In this document: piece by piece, positions 16,790-25,594 of the stretch
Layout: each line of letters begins with the position of its first letter
Numbering within the stretch: the stretch's first letter is position 1
IMG/VR virus record: IMGVR_UViG_3300028326_000013
Coordinates: 1 to 37,455 of that record
Length of the DNA: 37,455 nt
From: a virus
Taxonomy: Duplodnaviria; Caudoviricetes
Reading direction: 5' to 3' (one strand)
Notes under the pieces: model-generated
Told to the model about the DNA's origin: nothing
What the model saw: the letters and a program-made list of their open reading frames with translations, nothing else
The model's database searches: none
Program-made: the position numbers and the translations under genes

Positions 16790-17250
16790 TGGACGCGAAA
16801 ACTTACCTTCGCCAGTTGCCAGACCTGGACAAGGAGATCAACGCCATGCTGGAACGCCGTGAGCGCTACGAAGCCCTGGCCATGCGTCGCACCGGCGGCT
16901 ACACCGGCGGCATGCCGGGCGCCCAGCACAGGGACAGCAGCGTTGAGCGGTACGCCTGCAAGCTGGTGGATTTGACTCGAGAGATCGACCGAAAGATCGA
17001 CGCTTACGTGGATCTGACTCGAGAGGCGGAGGCTCTGATCGAATGTGTCAGCGATGATAAGTATCGGGATATCCTGACGCACAGGTACATGCTGGGCTGG
17101 GACTGGCAGAAGATCGCGAATCTGATCGGATATGAGCGCCGGCAGGTTACGAGATTGCACGGCTACGCATTGCGGGAATTTCAAAAAGTTTTGGATTTCT
17201 ACACCAGTGCGAAAAGATGTCCCACAAAGTCCCATTTGGATGTGCTATAA
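16789..17250 (+). CDS. DUF1492/ArpU/RinA-like late transcriptional activator
   Basis: MDAKTYLRQ...YRDILTHRYMLGWDWQKIANLIGYERRQVTRLHGYAL (sigma-4-like HTH); last gene before packaging region. Confidence 0.85.
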   Translation: MDAKTYLRQLPDLDKEINAMLERRERYEALAMRRTGGYTGGMPGAQHRDSSVERYACKLVDLTREIDRKIDAYVDLTREAEALIECVSDDKYRDILTHRYMLGWDWQKIANLIGYERRQVTRLHGYALREFQKVLDFYTSAKRCPTKSHLDVL

Positions 17251-17251
17251 T
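17217..17251 (+). promoter_or_regulatory. Candidate activator-dependent late promoter
   Basis: ATGTCCCA / AAGTCCCA direct repeat (10-bp period) in place of -35, then TG-C-TATAAT (17246-17251). Confidence 0.7.
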
Positions 17252-17284
17252 GCTATCGTCGAGGATTGCGCGGGAGGAAAACGC

Positions 17285-17530
17285 ATGGAAAAGCTGATCA
17301 ACCTATGTATCAACGCGTTGTCCGAGATTTATGGCAGGGTCGTCGTGCGAAAGGCAGATACGTCGAATCCTCAAGTCCGGAAATGGCTGTTTCAAAAGCT
17401 GTTCGCGGTATGGTACGCCGCGAGCTGTATGATCAAGGCTATCGGATACACGGATCATGATGTTGTCGAGATGGTTAAAAAGCTCGAGGTCGCGAAGGAT
17501 TCACAGGGAGAGCACGGGCCTACAGGATAA
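17285..17530 (+). CDS. Hypothetical protein (81 aa)
   Basis: SD GGGAGG; starts MEKLINLCINAL. Confidence 0.7.
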   Translation: MEKLINLCINALSEIYGRVVVRKADTSNPQVRKWLFQKLFAVWYAASCMIKAIGYTDHDVVEMVKKLEVAKDSQGEHGPTG

Positions 17531-17551
17531 TTAAGGGTTCAGGTCAGTTCC

Positions 17552-17583
17552 AAAGCCGCACCGGGTATTCGGGGCGGCTTTTG
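17552..17583 (+). terminator. Rho-independent terminator
   Basis: AAAGCCGC-ACCGG-GTAT-TCGGG-GCGGCTTTT. Confidence 0.75.
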
Positions 17584-17674
17584 TTGTGGGGTGGCGGGAA
17601 TGGCAAAGAATGATTTTTTCGATGCGGGCGCGTTTGATGCGCTGGCATAATGCGGCGAAAGGAGGTCGCCGGCG

Positions 17675-18136
17675 ATGGCAAAAGGTAAATATGAGTATTG
17701 GCTGACGACCGACGGTCTGCTGCTTCTAGAGGCATGGGCGCGGGACGGGCTGACACTCGCGCAGATCGCCGCGAAATGTGATGTCACCAGTGAAACGTTG
17801 CGGCAGTGGCGCATTCAATACCCTGCGATGTCTGCGGCCTTAAAAAAGGGGCAGGAGGTCGTTGACGTTGAGGTCGAAAACGCTCTTCTTAAGCGCGCGC
17901 TGGGGTATGAGTATAACGAGGTCATGACGGAGCAATCGGAGGATGGTGCCGTCAAACGGCGAGTAACCCGGAAGATGGTTATCCCGGATGTGACTGCGCA
18001 AATCTTCTGGCTCAAAAACAGGCGACCAGACGTTTGGCGTGACCGGCCCAAGGACGAGAGTGAGGCAGAGGCGCTGGCGAAGGCTGCCGAGCTGTTGGTA
18101 GGTGTTAAGTTTGGCACTGACGCCGAAGCAGATTGA
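17675..18136 (+). CDS. terS: Terminase small subunit (HTH type)
   Basis: WARDGLT..QIA, VENALLKRALGYEY, PDVTAQIFWLKNRRPDVWRD; precedes TerL. Confidence 0.88.
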   Translation: MAKGKYEYWLTTDGLLLLEAWARDGLTLAQIAAKCDVTSETLRQWRIQYPAMSAALKKGQEVVDVEVENALLKRALGYEYNEVMTEQSEDGAVKRRVTRKMVIPDVTAQIFWLKNRRPDVWRDRPKDESEAEALAKAAELLVGVKFGTDAEAD

Positions 18137-19319
18137 GTTCATTGCCAACGCGCACCACCGGTGGAACATCAAGATCGGCGCGACGCGGTCTGGCAAGACG
18201 TTCCTCGACTACTCCACAGTGGTCCCCAAGCGCATTCTGAACACGACCGGAAGCGGCCTCGTCGTGCTGCTTGGCTACACGCAGCAGACGTTAGAGCGCA
18301 ACATTTTCGAGCCGATGCGCAGCCTATGGGGGCCTACGCTGGTCGGTGACATCGTTCAGGGTCGCAATACGATTCGGTTGTTTGGCAGGACATGCCACGC
18401 GTTGGGCGCGGACAAAATTTCATCCGTGTCCCGCCTCCGCGGTGCGTCGATCGAGTACGGCTACGGCGACGAGGTTCCAACCTGGAACGAGGAGGTTTTT
18501 CAGCTCCTGAAAAGCCGTCTTGATAAGCCCAACAGCGCGTTTGACGGGACCGGGAACCCGGAAAGTCCGAACCACTGGTTCAAAAAGTTCCTGGAATCGG
18601 ACGCGGACATTTACAGTCAGCATTACACTATCGACGATAATCCCATGCTTGACCCGGTATTTATCTCGAACCTCAAACGCGAGTATGCCGGGTCGGTCTA
18701 TTACGACCGCTACATCCTCGGCAACTGGGCCGTCGCGGAGGGTGCAATCTATCCGCAGTTCGACCCGGCACGGCACGTCGTGTCGGTGCTTCCGCACATG
18801 CGGATGCATTGGGTGGGCGTAGATTACGGTCACTCCAACCCGACGGTGTTCATCCTGGCCGGGCTCGGCGACGATGGCCGGCTATATGTGGTCGCAGAGG
18901 ACTACCATGCTGCCGATCAGGAGGGCGACCGCTCTCCTGCCTGGTACAGTCAGGCGATGATCCGGTTTCTCAGGCGGCATGAGACGGGCCTGGTGCTCGA
19001 CAAAATCCTTGTTGACCCTTCGGCCAAGGGGTTCATAACGCAGCTTCGGGAAGATGGTGTGGCGCGCGTAGCCGGGGCCGACAACGATGTGCTGGCTAGA
19101 ATCCAACTGATCTCGTCGATGTTCTCCCGTGATCTGGTCCGCATCCATTCGTCGTGTGTGCGACTGATTGACGAGCTGCGGGGCTATGTGTGGGAAGCGA
19201 AGGCGCAGGAGCACGGCGAGGATAGGCCTGTCAAAAAAGATGATCATGGTCCGGATGCATTGGGATACCTGATCATGGCTGAAAAAAATGAGTGGAAACG
19301 GAGGGTTGCAAATGGCTGA
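18102..19319 (+). CDS. terL: Terminase large subunit (PBSX family)
   Basis: GATRSGKT, YGDE, GVDYG, DDHGPDALGY; start may be TTG at 18111. Confidence 0.95.
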   Translation: MLSLALTPKQIEFIANAHHRWNIKIGATRSGKTFLDYSTVVPKRILNTTGSGLVVLLGYTQQTLERNIFEPMRSLWGPTLVGDIVQGRNTIRLFGRTCHALGADKISSVSRLRGASIEYGYGDEVPTWNEEVFQLLKSRLDKPNSAFDGTGNPESPNHWFKKFLESDADIYSQHYTIDDNPMLDPVFISNLKREYAGSVYYDRYILGNWAVAEGAIYPQFDPARHVVSVLPHMRMHWVGVDYGHSNPTVFILAGLGDDGRLYVVAEDYHAADQEGDRSPAWYSQAMIRFLRRHETGLVLDKILVDPSAKGFITQLREDGVARVAGADNDVLARIQLISSMFSRDLVRIHSSCVRLIDELRGYVWEAKAQEHGEDRPVKKDDHGPDALGYLIMAEKNEWKRRVANG

Positions 19320-20802
19320 TACCTGGCCGCCGGTCAAATGGCTGTGGGCACAGTATCGCGCGAACGCGGCCTGGTACAGCGGCGATCCTGATGAGTTGCG
19401 TGCTCACGCTGCAGGGTTCTGGCAAAGCGCAGAAAAAACCAAGATCCACATCCCGCTTGCGGGTGATCTCGCGGCGTTGGCTGCCGGGTTTTTATTCAGC
19501 GATTCGCCTATCGTCAAGCACGCAAACGAAAAAACCAATGATCGACTTCAGGAGATCATGTCGCTGTGCGGGCTGTACCAAAAGCTGCTTCAAGCGGCGG
19601 AACTGCAGGCCGTTTACGGTGGCGTGTTTGTCAAATGGAATTGGGACACCACACGAGCGCCATATCCTTTGTTTCGTGTTGTCCCGGCTGACGCCGGACT
19701 GCCGTACTACGCCAACGGTATCCTAACGTCCATTCGGTTCTGGTCGGTCGCTCGCGTTGATGAGGATAACGGTGGGGCTGTCTGGCGCACGGAGGAGACG
19801 TATACGCCTGACGGGCGTATTCTGACACGGCTATTGCGCGGCTCGGTGGAATCTTTGGGTACGGCGGAGCCGCTGAACGCCATTCCTGAGACCGCTGACA
19901 TCCAGCCGGAGGCTAACAGTGGCACGGGTATGCTGCTGGCAACATATGTTCCTGCGCGGCTGCCCAACCGTCTGCGGCCTTACGCGCCTTACGGCAGGAG
20001 TGATTTCGACGGGCTTCGCTCACTGTTCTCCGCACTTGACGAGGCATACAGCTCCATGATTCGCGACATTAAGCTGGGCAAGACGCAGGTCATCGTGCCT
20101 GCCGAGTATCTGCGGCAGAAAAAGCGTATGTTCGAGGCGATAGACCAGGCGGCGGAGACGCAGCAGCAGCCACAATTTGCGTTTGCCAAGTCCGACGAGG
20201 TTTTTGTTGCGCTGGATTACACTCCTGACGCGCCTCAGGGCAAGGACATCGTGCCATTCCAGCCTTTGATTCGCGCGGAGGAGCACCTTAAGACCATTGA
20301 AGATATTGTGCGCCGGATTGTTACGCTGGCCGGGTACGCACCTCAGTCCGCGGGCCTGGATATCGAGGGCCGTGCGGAGAGCGGCACCGCGCTTAACGTG
20401 CGAGAGCGGCGCAGCATGCAGACCGCGGAGACCAAAAAGACCTACTGGTGGCATGCGCTGATGGACATGATGCGCGCAGGCCTTGCGTTGGACAAGGCGC
20501 TGTTCACCCGTGGTCTCGCGCTGGACGGCGATTTGGCAGTGGAGTTTGCCGACAACACGCAGCCCGACATGCAGACGCTGGCCGACACGCTGGACAAGCT
20601 GGAGCGTGCCGGCGCGGTTTCCACTGATACCAAGGTCCGGCTTCTGCATCCCGATTGGGAGGACGATCAAGTGGAAGAGGAGATCGAGCGTATTCAAGAG
20701 GAGCGCGGCCTGATCTCCGAGGGTGAGCCGGACCCGGGATTGGGCGATCTGGAGGCCCCGCCGCCGGGAACGCCGGAGGACGACGACGCAGGCGGTGAGT
20801 AA
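19312..20802 (+). CDS. Portal protein
   Basis: Follows TerL; YGRSDF, ESGTAL, acidic tail; ATG at 19312 after GAGGG. Confidence 0.9.
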   Translation: MADTWPPVKWLWAQYRANAAWYSGDPDELRAHAAGFWQSAEKTKIHIPLAGDLAALAAGFLFSDSPIVKHANEKTNDRLQEIMSLCGLYQKLLQAAELQAVYGGVFVKWNWDTTRAPYPLFRVVPADAGLPYYANGILTSIRFWSVARVDEDNGGAVWRTEETYTPDGRILTRLLRGSVESLGTAEPLNAIPETADIQPEANSGTGMLLATYVPARLPNRLRPYAPYGRSDFDGLRSLFSALDEAYSSMIRDIKLGKTQVIVPAEYLRQKKRMFEAIDQAAETQQQPQFAFAKSDEVFVALDYTPDAPQGKDIVPFQPLIRAEEHLKTIEDIVRRIVTLAGYAPQSAGLDIEGRAESGTALNVRERRSMQTAETKKTYWWHALMDMMRAGLALDKALFTRGLALDGDLAVEFADNTQPDMQTLADTLDKLERAGAVSTDTKVRLLHPDWEDDQVEEEIERIQEERGLISEGEPDPGLGDLEAPPPGTPEDDDAGGE

Positions 20803-20805
20803 GCC

Positions 20806-22257
20806 ATGCTGATGCCTAATGCGCTAGAGCAGAGTGCGCGAGCCCTGCTGGACCTCTACTCCGAGGCCGAGCTTGAGATGATCCGCAAGATGCGCCTGCG
20901 GTTGTTCCGGGGCGCCGGCGTCTCTGACTGGGCGCAACGAAAGTTGTCTGAGATTCGAGCGATGCGTGCGTCGCTGCAAGAAACCATCAGCCGGCTGGAA
21001 AAATCGGCAAGCACTCTCCGTGGGCAGCTGCTCACTGAAGGGTATAATTTGGGGAGCGCTACCCTTGCGCAGGAGATGCGTGCGCTGGGGCTCACGGGCG
21101 GGCTGCAAGCGCCCGATGTGCGCGTCGAGCGACTGAACCTGTTGATTGCCGACTTGGATCAGCGCATGGACGTCTCGCATCGTTACATTTTACGGGAAGC
21201 GACAGACGGCTACCGTAACATCATTGGCGAGAGCATGCAGTTGTCGGCTGCCGGTGTCGAGACTACGCGCCAGGCTGTCCAGCGCGCATTAAACCGGTTC
21301 GCGTCGAAGGGCATTACCGGATTTTGGGATAAGACTGGTCGGCGCTGGGGCATGGCGGAGTACGCGGAGATGGCGACGCGCACCGGCATGATGCGGGCCT
21401 CGCTGGATGGCTACGCTTCGCAAGCGCAGGCCTACGGGCAGGACTTGGTGATCGTCACCGATCACGCTGACGAGTGTCCGCTTTGCCGGCCTTGGGAAAA
21501 CCGTGTGCTGTCGCTGACCGGCGTGATGCGCAATCATCCGGACTGTTCCGGCACACTGGACGAGGCCCGAGCCGCCGGGCTGTTTCACCCCAACTGCCTG
21601 CACTCGTTCAACATTCATGTACCGGGCATGACGCCGTTGACCGGCGGGGACAGTCAGACGGTGGAACAGAGCATAAAGGGCTACGAAAACCGGCAAAAGC
21701 AGCGCTATATGGAACGGCAGGTTCGCCGGTGGAAACGCCTTCAGGCGGCGGCGAATGCGCCTTATAATCAACGTGTCGCCAAGGCGCATGTCGATCAATG
21801 GCAGGCTAAGCTGCGTGGGCTTGTCCAGGATACCGGGCTGCCGCGTAAATACGGGCGTGAAGGCGGCCGTGTGCTGCTATCGGAGGCCGCGAAGAAGTTG
21901 TCGCCGTTGACAATTTCGGAGAACGGCACTATACTGAAATACGGGTTAAGCGATTCAGGATGGTTGAATGCAGACTTCCGTTCACAAGCGAAGCTCGACC
22001 GGCACATTCGTGATCACTTGGGCGAATTCGGAAACATCTCCACCGATGATTACGTCAACGGCGCACGGAAGCTGCTGGCTGCCAAGGTCCGCGGGCCGAC
22101 AGACGGGTTTGTCGACGCCGAGGGATATGTTCATAAATACAATCGTGAGACTAACGAGTTTGCAATTGGGCATCCAAGCGGTGGAATCTCGACGTATTTC
22201 AAACCTGACCGAGGGGAGGCGTATTGGGATGATCAAAAGCGCAAGCACAAGCCCTAA
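20806..22257 (+). CDS. Minor head protein (Phage_min_cap2/MuF-like) with C-terminal putative nuclease toxin domain
   Basis: DKTGRRW..YAEMATRT, CPLCRPWE, GLFHPNCLHSF, QRYMERQVRRWK; extra ~100-aa C-terminus RHIRDHLGEFG...YNRETNEF...ISTYFKP..GEAYW. Confidence 0.88.
   Translation: MLMPNALEQSARALLDLYSEAELEMIRKMRLRLFRGAGVSDWAQRKLSEIRAMRASLQETISRLEKSASTLRGQLLTEGYNLGSATLAQEMRALGLTGGLQAPDVRVERLNLLIADLDQRMDVSHRYILREATDGYRNIIGESMQLSAAGVETTRQAVQRALNRFASKGITGFWDKTGRRWGMAEYAEMATRTGMMRASLDGYASQAQAYGQDLVIVTDHADECPLCRPWENRVLSLTGVMRNHPDCSGTLDEARAAGLFHPNCLHSFNIHVPGMTPLTGGDSQTVEQSIKGYENRQKQRYMERQVRRWKRLQAAANAPYNQRVAKAHVDQWQAKLRGLVQDTGLPRKYGREGGRVLLSEAAKKLSPLTISENGTILKYGLSDSGWLNADFRSQAKLDRHIRDHLGEFGNISTDDYVNGARKLLAAKVRGPTDGFVDAEGYVHKYNRETNEFAIGHPSGGISTYFKPDRGEAYWDDQKRKHKP
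21907..21935 (+). promoter_or_regulatory. Internal SigA-type promoter at the head-protein/toxin junction
   Basis: TTGACA (21907-21912), 17 bp, TATACT (21930-21935). Confidence 0.78.
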
Positions 22258-22429
22258 GGCACTTTGCCCGTGCTGCGGACGACGTCGGATCGAGAAGTGG
22301 GACATCTGCCCGACGTGCGGATGGGAAAACGATCCGCTTCAATCCGAGGAACCCGATTACGCAGGCGGAGCAAACACCTTGAGCCTCAATGAGGCGCGAA
22401 GACGTTACCAGGAAAAACAAAAACAATGA
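22229..22429 (+). CDS. Cysteine-rich CPCC protein, putative immunity protein
   Basis: LCPCCG...WDICPTCGWEND...GGANTLSLNEARRRY; SD GGGGAGG; overlaps the toxin 3' end by 29 nt. Confidence 0.88.
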   Translation: MIKSASTSPKALCPCCGRRRIEKWDICPTCGWENDPLQSEEPDYAGGANTLSLNEARRRYQEKQKQ

Positions 22430-22431
22430 CC

Positions 22432-22460
22432 AAAGCCGCGGGCAACCGCGGTTTTTCATT
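22432..22460 (+). terminator. Rho-independent terminator closing the toxin/immunity unit
   Basis: AAAGCCGCGG-GCAA-CCGCGGTTTTT. Confidence 0.85.
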
Positions 22461-22475
22461 TGGGGAGGTGAGATC

Positions 22476-22727
22476 ATGATCCAGATTTCTGAATCGTCTG
22501 CTCGCGTCGTGCTGCGGCTGCTGGAGGATATCCGCGAGATTGATCAGCGTGCTCGGTGCAGTGACGGTTACTTCCGGCAGCACTTCACAATGCTGGCGAG
22601 GCTTCCTGCTGTCGCGGATGCCGCTGAGGAGATCAATCGGGCACTCGAAGCGCCGGAACCGGAAGCTGAACTGGAGGCCGAACCGGAGCTCGAGCTGGAG
22701 CCGGTGTCGAGAACCCGTCGAAAATGA
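22476..22727 (+). CDS. Hypothetical protein
   Basis: SD GGGGAGGTG; starts MIQISESS; acidic EPE-rich tail. Confidence 0.7.
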   Translation: MIQISESSARVVLRLLEDIREIDQRARCSDGYFRQHFTMLARLPAVADAAEEINRALEAPEPEAELEAEPELELEPVSRTRRK

Positions 22728-22918
22728 GCGCGAAGGTAAAAACCTGTCGGTATGATCTGGTCTTACTCGGCGGGAATACGATTTCCGGCAAACTCGATCA
22801 GCCAAAGGTGCTTGACGAAATTCGTACAGCTCCCCCTGGTTCATGGACCTGGTTCAACGATACAGAGGCAACGATCTGGGTACGGCCCGAGGAGATCCAT
22901 CCAATATCGCGATCCTGA
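22724..22918 (+). CDS. Hypothetical protein
   Basis: ATGA overlap with previous gene. Confidence 0.6.
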   Translation: MSAKVKTCRYDLVLLGGNTISGKLDQPKVLDEIRTAPPGSWTWFNDTEATIWVRPEEIHPISRS

Positions 22919-22923
22919 TGATT

Positions 22924-22945
22924 AGCCGCCAACAGGCGGTTTTTT
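22924..22945 (+). terminator. Rho-independent terminator
   Basis: GCCGCC-AACA-GGCGGT-TTTTT. Confidence 0.7.
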
Positions 22946-23030
22946 CATGCCAATTCGCCCGCCGGAGCGACATCCGGCAAGCGCGCGCGGACCGTGACCG
23001 CGTCATCAAACGTAGCGCGGGAGGAAATCC

Positions 23031-23603
23031 ATGAAGCGAGAAGACCTTAAGGCATTGGGTCTGACCGATGAGCAGATCGAGAAGGTCATGGGCATGCATG
23101 GCACGACCGTAACCGATTTGCAGACCAAGCTGGCTGCTGCCACCGTCAAGGCGACCAATGCGGAGACGCAACTGACTAAGCTGAACACTGACCTGACCGC
23201 CGCGCAGAAGTCCGGCGCGGACGCGGAGGCGCTAAAGTCACAGCTCGCGGACGCGCAAAAGGCGCTGGCAGCGACGCAAAAGGCGCAGAAGGTGCGCGAC
23301 GCGCTCACGGCCTACAAACCTCGAGACGCCAGCACACTGATCCGGTTGCTCGACCTTGACAAGGTGAGCTTCACCGACGCAGGCGCGGTTGGCCTCAAGG
23401 AGCAGGTGGATGCGCTGAAAGCGGCGCAAGGCTACCTGTTCGCCGACGAGCCCACCCCGAAGGGCGGTGGCGATCCGAACCCCAATCCCAACCCCACCGA
23501 CTTCTCCGTGCGGATCAAGGCCGCGCAGGAAGCTGGTAATCGACCGCTGCTGGCCGCGCTGATTCGTCAGCAGGCAGAAGCGGCACAAACCAAGAAGGAG
23601 TGA
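23031..23603 (+). CDS. Scaffolding protein (Phage_GP20 family)
   Basis: MKREDLKALGLTDEQIEKVM, coiled coil, GLKEQVDALK...YLF. Confidence 0.9.
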   Translation: MKREDLKALGLTDEQIEKVMGMHGTTVTDLQTKLAAATVKATNAETQLTKLNTDLTAAQKSGADAEALKSQLADAQKALAATQKAQKVRDALTAYKPRDASTLIRLLDLDKVSFTDAGAVGLKEQVDALKAAQGYLFADEPTPKGGGDPNPNPNPTDFSVRIKAAQEAGNRPLLAALIRQQAEAAQTKKE

Positions 23604-23609
23604 TAATCC

Positions 23610-24905
23610 ATGCCCGATCAGGTTATGACCTCGTTTGCCCTGCCGAACTATTCCGGCATGCTGTTCAACAAGGGCAACACTCGCGCCCCTTTTTCCACGT
23701 TGATTGCGAACAACGTCAAGACCACCAATCACGTGGAGTTCGTGACCGGCCAGGAATTTGAGACCGGCGGCGGCGCTCAGCCTGCGATCTCCGAGACCGC
23801 CTCGCTGACCGCGCCAGAGGCGACGTTCATCAATCGCGAACAAAAGCGGAACGTAACGCAGATCTTCCATGAGGCGCTGTACATCAGCTACGGCAAGCAG
23901 TCCAACATGGGCACGCTCGGCGGCATTAACATCGCCGGCCAGCAGCCCGAGCCCGTCGGTGAACTTGATTTCCAGACCGACGCTCGTATGCGCAAGATCG
24001 AGCGGGACATCGAGTTCACCTTTATCCAGGGCTCGTACAACAAGGCGGCCAATGACAGCCAGGCCAACAAGACGCGCGGCATGAATGAGGCCATCACCAG
24101 TAACGTGCTGAGCCTCGACGGCAAGCCGCTGCGTGTGTGGGACGTGGCCGATGCGATGCGCATGGTGGCAGAGTCCAACGCACCACTCGCTGAACTCGTG
24201 CTGTGGTTGGACGCCGTATCAATGTTCCAGCTGCACGCCGATGCGGAGGCCAACGGCCTGACTATCGTGCCTGCCGGTCGCGACCTCAACGGCATCCAGC
24301 TCTCGCGCATCCTGACCCCGCTGGGCGAGATCAGCCTGTACCTGGGTGAGTTCATCCCCGCTGGCACGGTGTTCCTGTTCAACCCGACCGTGGTCGGCCG
24401 CGTCGAGCAGCCTACGCCCGGCAAGGGCAACTTCTTCCTGGAGGAACTGGCCAAGACCGGCGCCGGCACGAAGTATCAGATCTTCGGTCAACTCGGTCTC
24501 GATCATGGCCCGGAATGGTATCACGCCAAGATCAGCGGCATCAATACCAACTTTGTCAAGCCTAAGGCTGGCAAGAAGATCTACGCCGACACTCCGATAC
24601 CGACCGCGGCTGTACTGCCTGAGCTGGCGGCCGTGGCCCTGACCGGCCCGGCGATCGTTGGTGACGCTACCGATGCGCTCGCGGTGTCGTACGTCGGCAC
24701 TCCGCTCAGCGCGCCGACGCTGGCGTACCAGTGGCAGGTGGGCGACACCGCGGTAGGTCTGTTCTCGGCCATCGGCGGCGCGACCAGCGCGACGTATTCT
24801 CCTGTCGAGGGCAACGTCGGAAAGTACATCCGTTGCGTTGTGACGGCCTCTGGAACGGCCTTCGGCACGGTGATCTCCAACGCGGTTCTCGTCAACGCGG
24901 AATAA
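23610..24905 (+). CDS. Major capsid protein (DUF5309/SU10-like) with C-terminal Ig-like domain
   Basis: Follows scaffold; NVTQIF, KIERDIEFTFIQG, KTRGM; C-terminal AYQWQ...IGGATSATY...VGKYIRCVVTA. Confidence 0.88.
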   Translation: MPDQVMTSFALPNYSGMLFNKGNTRAPFSTLIANNVKTTNHVEFVTGQEFETGGGAQPAISETASLTAPEATFINREQKRNVTQIFHEALYISYGKQSNMGTLGGINIAGQQPEPVGELDFQTDARMRKIERDIEFTFIQGSYNKAANDSQANKTRGMNEAITSNVLSLDGKPLRVWDVADAMRMVAESNAPLAELVLWLDAVSMFQLHADAEANGLTIVPAGRDLNGIQLSRILTPLGEISLYLGEFIPAGTVFLFNPTVVGRVEQPTPGKGNFFLEELAKTGAGTKYQIFGQLGLDHGPEWYHAKISGINTNFVKPKAGKKIYADTPIPTAAVLPELAAVALTGPAIVGDATDALAVSYVGTPLSAPTLAYQWQVGDTAVGLFSAIGGATSATYSPVEGNVGKYIRCVVTASGTAFGTVISNAVLVNAE

Positions 24906-24920
24906 CGGGAGGTGAGAACG

Positions 24921-25292
24921 ATGTACGCGACCGTTGATGGTTATAGCACCTACACCGGCGTTACGACTCCGGATAAGTTGCCGACGCAGCGCGCGCTGGA
25001 TGGCGTGGAGGCCCGGCTGCTCGCGTACATCGTGCCTCGCATTGTAGATACGCAAGACGAGGCGGAGGCGCTGGAACACGCGACCTACGAACAGTATGAC
25101 CACGAACAGACCGAGGCGGCGCAGGCGATTCTGTCCGCGCCGCCGAGCGTTTCTGGCTTCACCGTCGGCAATTTTTCGATGCAGCTTTCGGGCGTACCGA
25201 GGCATGCACCGCTGCCTATCGGAGTCGCGAATAACGCCTACGCACTGCTGTTTAACGCCGGCCTACTGTTCCGGGGGGTGCGCACGTGCTGA
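24921..25292 (+). CDS. Head-tail connector protein
   Basis: MYATVDGY...SGFTVGNFS...GLLFRGV; position after capsid. Confidence 0.75.
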   Translation: MYATVDGYSTYTGVTTPDKLPTQRALDGVEARLLAYIVPRIVDTQDEAEALEHATYEQYDHEQTEAAQAILSAPPSVSGFTVGNFSMQLSGVPRHAPLPIGVANNAYALLFNAGLLFRGVRTC

Positions 25293-25594
25293 CGCCGGAT
25301 TTTGCGTTCATTCATGCCTGCACGGTCCGTCCGTGGCTTAAACAGGGCATCGACGGCCCGGAGTATGGTGCTCCTGTCACATACCGCTGCCGGGTTGAGC
25401 TCGGCCGGAAAAAGGTCACGTCGCAAGGCGGTGCGGTGCAGGAAGTTATTGCTACCGGCACGATTTTCTTCCCGCGCGGCACGCGATTTTTGCCGGAGAG
25501 TGAAATCACCTACGACGGTCTCGTGTTCACGGCGCTGTCCGTTGAGCCACGATTTGGGTTTTCGGAGACTTACGTGGAGGTGATGATCCTGTGA
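25286..25594 (+). CDS. Head-closure / neck protein
   Basis: Synteny; beta-rich; GPEYGAPVTYRCRVE. Confidence 0.7.
   Translation: MLTPDFAFIHACTVRPWLKQGIDGPEYGAPVTYRCRVELGRKKVTSQGGAVQEVIATGTIFFPRGTRFLPESEITYDGLVFTALSVEPRFGFSETYVEVMIL

Noticed and set aside
21968-22228. N-terminal extension of the CPCC ORF to 153 aa
   Set aside because: Overlaps the toxin domain in another frame; a strong SD supports ATG at 22229
6410-25205. Long antisense ORFs such as 6410-7309, 11244-12035 and 24219-25205
   Set aside because: Shadows of GC-rich sense genes with no motifs or SD
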